From positions 19,902,001 to 19,966,000 of the forward strand of contig NC_082726.1 of the NCBI RefSeq assembly GCF_030144855.1: 64,000 nt of DNA. The letters run 5' to 3'. This DNA comes from Hypanus sabinus (Eukaryota). The translations under genes were made by a program, and so were the position numbers. Of the stretch, positions 25,544 through 38,870 are shown piece after piece. Every line of letters begins with the position of its first letter. Positions within the stretch are counted from its first letter, which is position 1. The notes under the pieces were generated by a model that was not told the origin of the DNA, did no database searches, and worked only from the letters and a program-made list of their open reading frames with translations.

Positions 25544-26253
25544 CAGAGGTCGGCAACCTGCGGCTCCAGAGCCACATGCGGCTCTTTGATCTCTGTGATG
25601 CGGCTCCCCGTGGTTTGTTAGCTTTTGAAATGTAATTCGAAATTTGAAGATTATGGTGATCTTGTACAATATGAAAACTTTGTGGAGACACCGTTTCCTG
25701 GCACATCCGAACCGGCTCACAATTAGCTACCGTTCCGACTAAGGGAGATAGCCTACGGGGGTTTGTGAGTACGTGTCTTTTGGAGCATCCGCGCCCACGG
25801 GGACGGGTTGAGGGAGGCTTTAAAGCAAGGCTGTTTAGTTCGAATAAAGTTACCTTTGACTGCAGTCTTTATTTTAGCGCTGCGTGTAGCACACCGCTAC
25901 AACGTGTTTTTTATCGCTATTAATATACATCACAACTGCCAATGCGCGCCAGTGCGCGCTTTCTTTTAATTCTTCGATCCAAGGTAGGCTACCTACGGAG
26001 TAACCTTCAACCCAACGTCTTTTTTTCGGAGTTCAAAATGTTTTTGTTGCATGCAGAAATGTAATTTCGTTTTCTCTGCAGGAGTTCATCAATTTCATAA
26101 ATGCAACACATTATAGTTTGTTTATACATAGCATAAAGGCAAAAAAAAACCGTTGTATGCAGTGTTATTTCATTTTGTGGCTCCCAGTGTTTTCTTTTCT
26201 GTGGGAAATGGGTCCATATTGGCTCTTTCAGTGGTAAACGTTGCCGACCCCTG
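25544..26253 (+). mobile_element. Non-autonomous hAT element, same family as 7979-9565
   Basis: TIRs cagaggtcggcaacct / acgttgccgacccctg. Perfect 8-bp TSD GTCTATAC (25536-25543, 26254-26261). Both arms match the larger copy. No transposase. Confidence 0.95.
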
Positions 26254-26261
26254 GTCTATAC

Positions 26262-28670
26262 ATAGTCCATATCAGACCATTATTTATATGAGCAGAATTA
26301 GGCCACTTGGCCCATCAAGTCTGCTCTGCCATTTTATCATGGCTAATTCAATTTTCCTCTTAGCCCCAATCTCCTGCCTTCTCCCCGTATCCTTTCATGC
26401 TGTGACCAATCAAGAATCTGTCAACTTCTGCCTTAAATATACATACAGACTTGGCCTCCACAGCTGCCTGTGGCAAAGAATTCCACAGATTCACCACTTT
26501 CTGGCTAAAGAACTTCCTCCTCATCTCCATTCTAAAAGAATGGAGGCTGTTTTCTCTGGTCTTAGACTCTCCCATCTTTGGGAACATCCTGTCCACATCC
26601 ACTCTGTCAAGGTCTTTCACCGTTCTATAGGTTTCAATGAGGCTGCCCCTCATTCTTCTGAATTCTAGTGAATACAGGCCCAAGCCATCAAACGCTCTTC
26701 ATATGACAAACCATTCAATCCTGGAATCATTTTCGTGAACCTCCTTCGAACCCTCTCCAGTTTCAGCACATCCTTTCTAAGATAAGGGGCCCAAAATTGC
26801 TCACAATATTCCAAGTGAGGCCTCACCAGTGCTTTATAAAATCTCAACATTACATCCTTGCTTTTATATTCTAGTCTTCTTGAAATGAATGCTAACATTG
26901 TATTTGCCTTCCTCACCATAGATGCAACCTGCAAATGAACCTTTAGGGTATCCTGCACAAGGACTCCCAAGCCCTCTTACACCTTAGTTTTTTGTATATT
27001 CTCTCCATTTAGAAAATAGTCAACCCTTTCTTTTCTTCCATCAAAGTGCATAACCATACACTTCCTGACACTATTCCATCTGCCATTTCTTTGCCCATTC
27101 TCCTAAACTGTAGCCTCTCTACTTCCTCAAAATACCTTCCCCTCCACCTATCTTCACATTGCCTGTAAACTTCGCAACTCAATCATCAATTTCGTCATAC
27201 AAGTCATTGACATAAAATATAAAAAAAAGGTCCCAACACAGTCATTGGCAGCCAACCAGAAGAGGCTCCCTTTATTCCCACTTTTTGCCTCCTGCCAATC
27301 AGCCACTACTTTATCCATGCTAGAATCTTTCCTGTAATACTGTGGGCTTGTAGCTTGTTAAGCAGCCTCATGTGTGGCACTTTGTCCAAGGCCTTCCAAA
27401 AATCCAAGTACCCAACATCAAAGATTCTCCTTTGTCTATCCTGCTTATTATTGCTTCAAAGAATTCCAACAGATTTGTCAGGCAAGATTTTCTCTTGAGG
27501 AAGCCATGTTGACTATGGCCTATTTTATCATGTGCCTCCAAGTACCCTGAAACTTCATCTTTAATAATCGACTCCAACATCTTTGCAACTAACTGGCCTA
27601 TAGTTTCTTCCGCCTCTCTCCCTTCTTGAGGAGTCAAGTGATATTTGCGATTTTCCAGTCTTCTGGAACCATTACAGAATCCAGCGATTCTTGAAAGATA
27701 GTTATTAGTGCTTCCATGATCTCTTCAGCCACCTCTTTCAGAACCCTGGGGTGTACTCCATCGGGTCCAGGTGACGTATTTACTTTACGACCTTGCAGTT
27801 TCCCAAGAACCTTTTCTCTAGTTATGGTAACTTCAGGCACTTTATGACCCCTGACACCTGGAATTTCCAACATCCTGCTGGTGTCTTCCACAGTGAAGAC
27901 TGACGCAAGATACTTACTCAGTTTGTCCGCCATTTCCTTGTCCTCCATTACTATCTCTCCAGCATTGTTTTCCAGTGGTCCAATATCCACTCTTGCCCCT
28001 CTTTTACACTTTCTGTATCTGAAGAAACTTTTGGTATCCTCTTTAATATTATTGGCTAGCTTACTTTTGTATTCCTTCTTTATCTTCTTAATTCTTTTAG
28101 TTGCCTCCTGTTAGTTTTTATACGCTTCCCAATCCTCTAACTTCCTACTAATTTTTGCTCTTTGGCTTTTATATTGGCTTGAATTCTCTTGTTAGCATGG
28201 TTGTGACACATTTCCTTTGGATCAGTTCTTCCTCTTTGGATGTATATATCCAGTGCCTTCCACGTTGCTTCCAGAAATTCCAGCCATTGCTGCTGTGCCA
28301 TCACCCCTGCCAGTGTTATTTTTCCAACCAATTCTGGCCGACTCCTCCCTCATGCCTCTGTAATTCCCTTTTCTCAACTGTAATACGGATACATCTGACT
28401 TCAGCTTCTTCTCAAATTTCAGGGTGAATTCAATCATACTATGATCACTTGGCCCTAAGAGTTCTCTTACCTTAAGCTCTCTAATCAATTCTGGTTCATT
28501 GCACAACACACATTCCAGAATAGCTGATCCCCAAATGGGCTCAACCACGAGCTGTTCTAAAAAGCAATCTCGTAGGCAGTCTAGAAATTCTCCCTCCTGG
28601 AATCCAGCACCAACCTGATTTTCCCAATCTACCTGCATGTTGAAGTCTTACATGAGTATTGTAACATCCC
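26262..28670 (-). mobile_element. CR1 LINE, 5'-truncated, fragmented ORF2
   Basis: Successive ORF pieces: endonuclease end (FLEQLVVEP...SDHSMIEF), SPGPDGVHPRVLKE, QHGFLKRKSCLTNLLEFF, LVRPHLEYC, RRKFFSQKVVNLWNSLP. Confidence 0.9.
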
Positions 28671-28884
28671 CTAGTCCCTTTGTGTTGACTGGTATGTCTA
28701 ACTGCTCCCTTCATCTCACCATCATACATGCCCTTCTCTTTGATAAATACTGTTGTGAATTTCCATAATCTCATCTGATTACGTTCTTATCTGCTTGGCT
28801 CTTGACCTATTTCACTTTCCGTAAATATTAAAGCCTCACAAACTCTCTGCATACGTGGATTATGTCTAACTTTTTGGGAATAAT

Positions 28885-31095
28885 CATAGATCATGGAACA
28901 TTACAGCACAGCGTAGGCCCTTTGGCCTGTGTTGTGCCGACCTTTTTTACAGACAATATTAATCTAATTGCTTCCTTCCCACATAGTTCTCCATTTTTCT
29001 TTCATCCATGAGCCTGTCAAAGAGTCTCTGAAATGTCCATAATGTATCTTTCTTTACCACCACCCCGGCGGTGCATTTTACGCACCTATCACTCTCTGGA
29101 GTAACAAAAACTGTCTGATATCTCCCCTACACTTTCCCCTAAGTACCTTAAAATTCATGTCCCCTTGTATTAGCCATTTTCACCTGGGAAATAGTCTCTG
29201 GCTATCCACTCTATGCCTCTTATCATCTTGTACAACTCTGTGAAGTCACCTCTCATGCTCCTTTGCTCCAAACAAAAGCACTAACTCACTCAATCTATTC
29301 TCATCCATGCTTTCTAATCCATGCAATATCTTGGTAAATCTCCTCTGCACCCTTTCTACATCCTTCCTATAATGAAATGACCAGATCTGAATACAATATT
29401 CCAAATGTAGTCTGTACAGAGTTTTATAGAGCTGCAATATTACCTCATAGCTCTTAAATTTAATCCCCTGACTAATGAAGGCCAACACACCATAGTCCTT
29501 TTTAACCACCACACCTTTGAGGGAACTGTGGATGTGGACCTCGACCCCTCTGTTCATCCATATTAAAATAACATTACGGTAAGCATGATTAACACTGTAT
29601 TCTTCCCTCAAGTTTGGCCTCCCAAAGTATAGCACATCACAATTTTCTGGATTGAACTCCATTTGCCACTTTTCAACCCAGATCTGCATCTTATCTATGT
29701 CCCACTGTAAACTAGAGCAATCTTCTACACTATCCACAAACAACTAATTTGTCATCTGCAAACTTCCTTACTCACCCATCCATTTCCTCATTCAAATCAT
29801 TTACAAAAGTCACGAAGATCAGGGGCTCCAGAACAAATCCCTGTGGAATACCAATGGTCACTAACCTCCAGGTAGAATGTGCTCCATCTACTCCCACCCT
29901 CTGCCTCTGGGTGCATGTCAATTCTCAATCCACAGAATTTCCCTGGAACCCATGCCTCCTGACTTTCTGAATAAGCCTACCAAGGAACCCTTGTCAAATG
30001 CCTTACTATAATCCATATACATTACATCCACTGTTCTATCTTCATCAATCTGTCACTCTCTCAGAGAATTCTTTCAGGCTCTTGAGGTATGATGTACCTT
30101 TCACAAAGCATTGTTGACTATCCCTAATTGGAGTATGCTTCTCCAAATCTTTGTAATTCCTATGAGTTCTTTCCAATAGTTTGTCAAACCACTGATGTAA
30201 GACTTACTGGTCTGTAATTCTCTTGCTCATCCCTATTACCTTTCTGAAACAAAGGAATAACATTTGCCACCCTCCAATCTTCTGGTACCACTTGTTTGGC
30301 TAGGGAGGATGTAAAAATCATGGCCAAGGATGGAAGAATCTTCTCCCTTGCTTCCATGGTAACCTCAGGTTTGGTAGGCCCTGGAGACATCTCAATCCTA
30401 AATGTTTTCAAAAGTTCCAGTGCATCCACTTCCTTAACGTTCCAGCATTTTAGCCTATTCTACGCTGTCCTAATATTGTCAAGGTCTCTCTCGCTGGTAA
30501 ATACTGAAGCAAAGTATTCATTAAGGACCTCCTCTATCTCCTCCAACTCCAGGCACACCTTTCTTCTCTTTTCTCTGATCTGAGCTAATCACTCTAGCCA
30601 TTCTCCTCTTCTTCATGTTCATGTAGAATGCCTTGGGTTTTCCCTTAATCCCACTTGCCAAAGCCTTCTCATGTCCCCTTCTAATTCTCCTAAGTCCCTT
30701 CTTAATATCTTTCCTGGTTACCCTGTGACTCTTTCTTTCTTCCTCTTGACTAGATGTTTCACATCTCTTGTCAACAATGTTTCCTTCAACATACCACTAT
30801 TTCCCTGTCTCAATAGACAAACCTATCCAGAACCTTATGCAAGTGCTCCTTAAACAACCTCCACATTTCCTTTGTGCATTTCTCTGAGTAGATTTATGCT
30901 CCCAATTTATGCTCCCAAGTTCCTGCCTAATAGCATCTTAATTCACCCTCCCCTCCCATTAAACTCTTCCCCATACTGCCTGAACCTATCCCTATCCAAA
31001 GGTATGGTAAAGGTCAGGGAGTTGTGGTCACGTTTTCCAACATGCAAACCCACTGAGAGATGTCACCTGACTTTGCTCATTGCCTAGTAGCAGAT
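28885..31095 (-). mobile_element. CR1 LINE (older subfamily), fragmented ORF2
   Basis: VPEDWRVANVIPLFQKG...NYRPVSLTSVV and WQMEFNPENC...LHLEYCIQ pieces. Confidence 0.85.
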
Positions 31096-31119
31096 CCAGA
31101 ATGTCAGCTTGTCTCCTTA

Positions 31120-31692
31120 CACTTAGTGGCCACTTTATTTCTTTAGATCCCTCCTGGACCTAATAAAGTGGCCTGGAAGTTATGTCTGTGATCTTCTGCT
31201 GCTGTAACCCCTCTACTTCAAGATTCAATGTGTTGTGCATTTAGAGATGCTCTTCTGCACACCACTGTTGTAACATATGGTTATTTGAATTACTGTCTCT
31301 TTCCTGTCAACTTGAACCAGTCTGGCCATCCTACTCTGACTTCCATCATTAACAAGGCATCTTCGCCCACAGAATTGCTACTTGCTGGATGTTATTTTGC
31401 CTTTTGCACCATTCTCTGTAAACTCTAGAGACCTGTGTGTGAAAATCCCAAGAAATCAGAAGTTTCTGAGATACTCAAACCACCCCATTTGGCACCAAAA
31501 AATCATTCATGTGGTCAAAGTCACTTAGATCACATCTATACCCATCCTGATGTTTGGTCTGAACAATTACTGAACCTCTTGACCATGTTTGTATGCTTTT
31601 ATGCATTGAGTTGCTGCCACATGATTGGCTGATGGGGAATTTGCTTAACGTGTGGACGTACAAGTGTACCTGATAAAGTAGGCCACTGAGCG
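31120..31692 (-). mobile_element. Non-autonomous Tc1-like transposon
   Basis: TA|cacttagtggccactttatt ... gataaagtaggccactgagcg. Reverse complement of 13880-14464. Confidence 0.8.
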
Positions 31693-32920
31693 TGAGTGAG
31701 TTGTGGAAAGTTTAAAGGTGATGTGCAGGGCAAGTTTCTTTTTTACTGAGTGGTAGGTGCCTCAAATTAGCTGCCAGGGGTAGTGGTGGAAGCAGACATG
31801 ATTTTATATAGGCATGTAAATATGCAGGAAATAGATCGTGTGCAGGCAGAAGAGATTTAGTTTAATGTGGCATTGTGTTCATGGACCAAAGAGCCTATTC
31901 CTTTGTTGTACTATTCTATGAAAGCAGTATGAAGCAACATCCTGTGCAACTTCCAGAGGCCCAGACTATTCATGTAGATTTTATCATGACTGGTGAGAAA
32001 CAAATTCAAATGATTAACTAAACAAAACTGAAATGACAAGTTACAATAGTGAAACTTAAACTACTGGGTTGCTTTAAAAACTATTAGGTCAGTATTGGGT
32101 TCTCTAATGCTGAGGAAGGACATAATTCTGACTATCCTATGCAGTCGAGCCTATAATGAGCCAGACACTGTGACCAACAGTGTACTGCCTTTGATAGACA
32201 TTAGCAAACTCCACAGTTCAGGGACATAGGGATGAAAATGGTGATGGTCTAGCGACTCTAGCCAGTGACAAAATCAATATTCTTCAAAAGAATAATTTTA
32301 AACAAAAAACTTAATCTCACAACTTTAGCATCTTTGGTGGGGACGTGCTAGGCCGAAAGGATATTGTATGAACTGGTCCCATGACATTTGGAAAAAATAA
32401 ACATGCCGGTAAGGAACAACAATTTGCATTGAAACACAGTCTAAAATTTACAAGATGCTGGGTGCTCTAATGGAGTTTGACGTTGAACCTAATATGGAAA
32501 CAAAGAAGAATATGCAGAGTCACTGAGATCAAATTTAAAGGAGCATCTTGAAAAGGAGAGAGAACTAGAGGATTTAGGAAGAGAATTCCTGAGATTAGGG
32601 CCGAGGCAGTTGAAGGCACAGTAGCCAGAAGTAATAATGAATATGGACAACAACGAATTTGGAGGCTTGTAGAACATTGCCAAGGTAGGCAGGCTGTGGT
32701 GCTATTCGAAAAGAAAGGTGAAAATTTTAACTCACAGACTAGAGAAAGGTATGATATATCTTTGTCTCACAAACTAGCTGGAGTCCATGCAGTTCAAATA
32801 TTGCGAGTTTCACAGCAGACTCAGATTATAAGACATAGTGCTGATGCTGACATAAGTATTTTCACTTCCTCAGATGCTGGATTGATATACAGAGTCTTTA
32901 AATTTTGTGAAGAAGCAGAG

Positions 32921-33133
32921 TGATGCACCATCAATAACTCTCTAAGATGTAAAGGTGAGATATCAGCTTTTATTGACTGGAAGAAGGAACAAGCAGTGGT
33001 TGACCACCATACTACATCCTGGAGACTGAGGCCGGGCTCAGGCCTCGATTGCCTTTATACAGGGGTCTGTGGGAGGAACCACAGGAGCAGTCAGCAGGGG
33101 GCGTGTCCAGACGGGTATATGTAGTTCACCACA
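32921..33133 (-). mobile_element. Solo LTR, 213 bp
   Basis: TG...CA termini and perfect 5-bp TSD CAGAG (32916-32920, 33134-33138). The minus strand has TATAAA followed by AATAAA. Confidence 0.85.
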
Positions 33134-33583
33134 CAGAGCCTCTTTGCATTGGCACTAATAAGCTAACTTCAAACAGGAACTTTCTAGACAAACTCAAAGT
33201 AAACTGACTCACTTCGTTAGCTGCAACAGTTATTTTCAAAGTTGTTTGAGGTCATCCCAGAATACAATCTTTGACATAAGGAGGTTTCACTGGGGAACTT
33301 ACAAAAAACATTTTAGTATTTTAGGAAATAATGTGACTATATTCTTTATGAAATTGAAATATTAATGTTTTTTATTCAAGCATCATAATTATTTGTAGAT
33401 CAGTCTTAATCTGTGCAGGAAATTCTTGATGAATTCCTGTTTCATAAATTTTACAGCTTCATTTGGCTGGTGTAACAGATGTCATTGTTTCCCTCTCCTC
33501 CCACATATCCTTCCGATGATAAGTGATGACTATTACTCTGCAAAAGCCTAAGTACAGCGGTACAGTGAGATAATAGGAATATA

Positions 33584-33814
33584 CAGTACTGTGCAAAAAT
33601 CTTAGGCACCTGTGATGCCTAAGAGTTTTGCACAGTACAGTACATTATGTCTTATCAGTTAAAATTAACACTTAATACTTCTGAGCTAATACAAAGCTAA
33701 ATACTTTCATTCCTGTTTCCCCAACCACAATCCAACTTTAACCAACGTACAGTACTGTGTAGAAGTCTGAGGCGCCCTAGCTCTATATGTGCCTAAGACT
33801 TTTGCACAGTGCTG
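33584..33814. mobile_element. Tc1-type composite MITE with two hairpin ends
   Basis: Palindromic units 33584-33640 and 33750-33814 built from cagtactgtgcaaaagtcttaggca, each flanked by TA. Confidence 0.75.
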
Positions 33815-34427
33815 TAGATAACAACGTACTGAAGTAATGGGAACATTCATACAGATACGTTGCAAAACTTGCTAGGGACTTAAGTTTTCAGAGAAACTAT
33901 AGAAGAATATAAACAGTGTTAAGGATGAGCTCTGAGCTAAAATGTAATTCGTAGCTCGTAGCTTGTTCACATACTGTGTTCAAGCATCTTGAACTGACTC
34001 TGCATCAGCTCATTCAGTTTTAGACCTTCTTTCTCAAAGTTTGGGCAATACTGATAAAATCAGCATCCCAACATAATTGTAATGAGATCGTGATATGTCA
34101 CTTTGTACCTCAGCATCTGTGTAGTGCTGTTCAGTGGGTAGTTTCAGACTTTTGATCCAGCAATACTGTAGGAACTGTGATAAATCTGAGAAAGCATAGG
34201 AATCGCAGGAGAACATGTGGTTGTCATAAATTCCCTAAATGTCTTTCTAGATGACAATGGTCATGCAATAGAATGTAAATAAAGATAATTGAATGTAGAC
34301 TGTTGAGCAGTTGCTTAATATTTTAAAATCAGGGCCCAGTCACATTTGAGATCAAAATTATACAGAGATAAGCTTTATTTGTCTCAAGTGCATCGAAACA
34401 TACAGTGAAATGTATCGCTTGGCATCA

Positions 34428-36366
34428 CATAGAGACATAGAAAACATACAGCACAATACAGGCCCTTCAGCCCACAAAGCTGTGCTGAACATGTCCTTAG
34501 AAATTACATAGGGTTACCAATAGCCTTCTATTTTTCTAAGCTCCATGTACCTGTCCAGGAGTCTCTTAAAAAGTCCTATCATTTCTGCCTCCACCATTGT
34601 TGGAGGCCATTCCACGCACTCACCACTCTCTGTGTAAAAAAAAACTTACCCTTGACATCTCCTCTGTACCTGCTTCCAAGCACCTTAAAACTATGCCCTC
34701 TCGTGCTAGCCATTTCAGCCCTGGGAAAAAGCCTCTGACTATCCACACGATCAATGCCTCTCATCATCTTATACACCTCTGTCAGGTCACCTCTCATTTG
34801 CTGTCGCTCCAAGGAAAAAAGGCCGAGTTCACTCAACCTATTCTCATAAGGCATGCTCCCCAATCCAGGCAACATCCTTGTAAATCTCTGACGAAGGGTC
34901 TTGGCCTGAAACGTCGACAGTTCTTCCCCCTATAGATGCTGCCTGGCCTGCTGTGTTCCACCAGCATTTTGTGTGTTCCTGATGAAGGGTCTCAGCCCGA
35001 AACGTCGGCAGCACTTCTCCCTATAGATGCTGCCTGACCTGCTGTGTTCCATCAGCATTTTGTGTGTGTTGTAAATCTCTGCACCTTTTCTATGGTTTCC
35101 ACATCCTTCCTGTAGTGAGGTGACCAGAACTGAGAGTGCTCCAAGTGGGGTCTGACCAGGGTCCTATATAGCTGCAACATTACCTCTTGGCTCCTAAACT
35201 CAATCCCATGTTTGATGAAAGCCAAACCCTACATTTGTATGCTTCCTTAGCCACAGAGTTAACCTGCGCAGCAGCTTTGAGTGTCCTATAGACTCGGACC
35301 CAGGATCCCTCTGATCCTCCACACTACCAAGAATCTTATCATTAACTTTATATTCTGCCATCATATTTGACCTAACAAAATGAACAACCTCACACTTATC
35401 TGGGTTGAACTCCATCTGCCACTTCTCAGCCCAGTTTTGCATCCTATCAATGTCTCGCTGTAACCTCTGACAACCCTCCACACTATCCAGAACACCTCCA
35501 ACCTTTGTGTCATCAGCAAATTACTAACCCATCCCTCCAATTCGTCATCCAGATAATTTACAAAAAATCATGAAGAGTAGGGGTCTTAGAACAGATCCCT
35601 GAGGCACACCATTGGTCACCAACCTCCATGCAGAATATGACCTATCTACAACCACTCTTTGCCTTCTGTGGGCAAGCTAGTTCTGGATCCACAAAGCAAT
35701 GTCCCCTTGGATCTCATGCCTCCTTACTTTCTCAATAAGCCTTGCATGGGGTACCTTGTTAAATGCTTTGCTGAAATCCATATACACTACATCTACTGCT
35801 CTACCTTCATCAATGTGTTTAGTCACATCCTCAAGAAATTCAATCAGGCTCATAATGCCTGGCCTGCCTTTGACAAAGCCATGCTGACTATTCCTAATCA
35901 TATTATGCCTCTCCAAATGTTCATAATATCCTGCCTCTCAGGATCTTTTCTATCAACTTACCAACCACTGAAGTAAGACTCACTGGTCCATAATTTCCTG
36001 GGCTATCTCTACTTCCTTTCTTGAATAATGGAGCAATATCTGCAACCCTCCATTCCTCCGGAACTTCTTCCGTCCCCATTGATGATGCAAAGATCATCGC
36101 CAGAGGCTCAGCAATCTCCTCCCTTAGCCTGGGGTACATCCCGTCTGGTTCCAGTGACTTATCCAATTTGATGCTTTCCAAAAGCTCCAGCATGCCCCCT
36201 TTCTTTCTATCTACATGCTCAAGCTTTTCAGTCTGCTGTAAGTCATCCCTACAATTGCCAAGATCCTTTTTCATAGTGAATACAGAAGCAAAGTACTCAT
36301 TAAGTACCTCTGCTATCTCCACCGGTTCCATACACACTTTTCCACTGTCACACTTGATTGGTCCTA
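34428..36366 (-). mobile_element. CR1 LINE, 5'-truncated
   Basis: ORF2 pieces SQHGFVKGR...VDVVYMDFSKAF, WQMEFNPDKC, FFTQRVVSAWNGL. Tail at ~34430. Confidence 0.9.
34888..35071 (+). mobile_element. Tandem dimer of a 91-bp hammerhead-motif PLE-derived unit
   Basis: CTGACGA at 34888 and CTGATGA at 34979, each followed by stem II and GAAACGTC. 13-bp duplication ttgtaaatctctg (34878-34890, 35069-35081). Inserted inside a CR1. Confidence 0.85.
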
Positions 36367-36377
36367 TTCAATGAGGA

Positions 36378-36650
36378 ATCAAACATCAAATCAATTTGTG
36401 CTGGGGCAGCCCACAAGTGTTCCCATGCTTCTGGCTCCAACATCATATGCCTACAACTTACAAACTATAACCCTAACCATACACTTCTGAACTGTGGGAG
36501 GAAACAGAAGCACCCAGAGGAAACCTACGCAGTCACAGGGAGAATTTATGAACTCCTTACAGACTGTGGCGTGAACCGAAACCTGATCAATAATCATTGA
36601 TTTCTGGCATTATAAGGCGATTGTGCCAACTGCTACACTAACATGGCACT
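36378..36650 (-). mobile_element. V-SINE (HE1-like)
   Basis: V-domain motif tgtgggaggaaacagaagcacccagaggaaacc on +. Confidence 0.65.
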
Positions 36651-37197
36651 CACATTATAGTTAATTAAAAATTATAGTTTCAACAGCTCGTGGTCAGGTT
36701 TTTAAATGCTTGAGAAATCAGATAATGAAATGGAGGTTGGAGCTCCTGGCTCAAACTCTCCGACTTCTATTATTCAAGGAGTTGTTCTGTCGATTGTGAT
36801 GCCTTTTCACTGTGACAGCTGATTCCATTCTTTCACTGATTTCCCTCATGATTGACAACCAATTGCCATCTCCAATCACTCAACTCCAAATCAATTCGAA
36901 CTGGCAGGGCTAATTTCCAATGGTCCTCGGAGTGATTTCCATCATAAGTTACACAATAAACCAGAAACCTGCCAGAATCTGGATGGCAAGAATACCATAA
37001 AAATTGCATTTTCATAAAATTTAAGCAAGATCAATGTATCCACAGGCTGTTATCCATCATCCAGTCTCCCACTCCCCAAACAACTAGACTTCATCTGGAA
37101 ATTAGGGCTAATATTTCAGTGAGCAGGTAATCATTCTAATAATAACACCCAGGGGAAATTGAGTTGTTGTCTTCAAATCCAAATTAAGTAACATTTT

Positions 37198-37712
37198 CAA
37201 AGATTCAAATATTCAAAGTACACTTGTTATTAAAGTAAGTATACAGAATACAATTCTGAGATTTGTCTTCACACAGGCAGCCACAGAACAAAGAAGCATC
37301 ATGGAACCCATTCAAGAAAACATCAAACACTGAACGCACGACAAAAAAGAACAAAAATGGAGAGGAGGACAGGTCAAATGCCCCTGCCTTGGTCAAGACT
37401 TCAGCCTTGCTCGATGCCCCAGTTGCAGATAAATAATTGAGTGAATCATGGGCTCGCATCCTGCCTCCAGGCTACCAGGCCTTGAGGTCACATGCTCCAC
37501 TCCAAACCTCATCGAACTCCCTCAGGGACAGGAAAGTGCCAGGTTATTCAATCCACCCCAAAACACACCATAAAAATGTAGATCATAGTTTCCAAACCCA
37601 CACAGCTTAGCAGTAGAAACATATTTGAAAGGGGAAGAGATAAACAAAGTGGTTTTATGAACCGTCTACAGGACATCACCATTGGTCATGTTGTTTGCTG
37701 GTGCCATCTTGA
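37198..37712 (-). mobile_element. Non-autonomous LINE-tailed element
   Basis: Rex1-like tail (ttcaaagtacacttgttattaaag). 5' end agatggcaccagc. Related to 23385-24250. Confidence 0.45.
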
Positions 37713-38239
37713 CAGAGCTTTTTGATACATTTCTGATAAATTTTGATACATTGTTTGAATAATCTCAAAGGCTAAGTGGGAGAAAGGATTCTCAGCACTC
37801 TCCACCAACGGAAGCTCCTTATCTCTGCCCAAGTCTGTGGTAGATTGGTGGAGATTGTTTTAAAGTATTATCATACAGCCACTAGTGGAAGATGAGCAAA
37901 AGGTATCCAGCATTCCCGAAAATCTGGACAGCTAATTCGGAGATTAAATTACACATATACTCCTGATCTGTTTGATGTGTTTCTGAGAGTGCCACACTAG
38001 TAGCAAAGTTATCAAGAAGCAGCACCTAACAAAGCTATAGTTAACTAAATAAAAACACAAAATATGTGGGGTGGCATGGTAGTATAGTGGTGACCACGAT
38101 GCTATAGAGTAGCATGGACATGGGTTCAATTTCCACCACTGCCTGAAAGGAGTTTGTAACCGTAGGTTAGGGTTAAACCAGGAGTTGCAGCGCGATGCGG
38201 CTTGAAAGGCCTGGTCTGTGCTATATATCGATAAATAAA

Positions 38240-38870
38240 AATGCTGCTGGAACTCAGCATCTACGAAAATGAATAAACAGTCGATGTTTCAGGCAGACGG
38301 CCTTCATCAAGACTGGAAAGGAAAGGAAAAGACTCCAGAAGAGAAGGGTTGGGGGAGGGGATGGAGGATAACCAGAAGGTCACACATGAAGCCAGGAGGC
38401 TGGAGATGAGGGAATGTGATAGGAGAGGAGAGCGGACCATAGGAGAAAGGGAAGGAGGAGGGTTTAGGCAGGCTAGAGTGGGGAACAGGAAAAGAGGGGA
38501 GGGGGAGGGATTTTTTTTTACCAGAAGGAGAAATCAATTTTCATGCCATCAGGTTGGAGGGTACCCAGGCAGAATATACGGTGTTGCCCCTCCACCCTGA
38601 GGGTGGCCTCATCATTGCACAAGAGGAGGCCATGGACTGACATGTGGGAATGGAAATGGGAATCAAAATTAAAATGTTGGGCAACTGGGGAATTTCTACT
38701 TTTCGAGGATGGAGCTCGACAAAGTGGTGCCCCAATTTATGACGGGTCTCACCTATGTAGAGTAGGCCGCATTGGGAACACCAAATACAATAGAGGACCC
38801 TAGCAGATTTGCTAGTGAAATGTTGCCTCAACTGGAAGGACTGCTTGGGGCCCTGAATGGAGGTGAATAA
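38240..38870 (-). mobile_element. Penelope-like element 3' part with GIY-YIG remnant
   Basis: ORF VLYCIWCSQCGLLYIGETRHKLG. The terminal repeat holds cagtc-TTGATGA-...-GAAA-CATC-gactg (hammerhead with full stem I, C3 mutated). Confidence 0.85.

Noticed and set aside
34888-35071. Tandem repeat as a CRISPR array
   Set aside because: Only two full-length units with no unique spacers, no cas genes, eukaryotic context. The sequence is a PLE terminal repeat.
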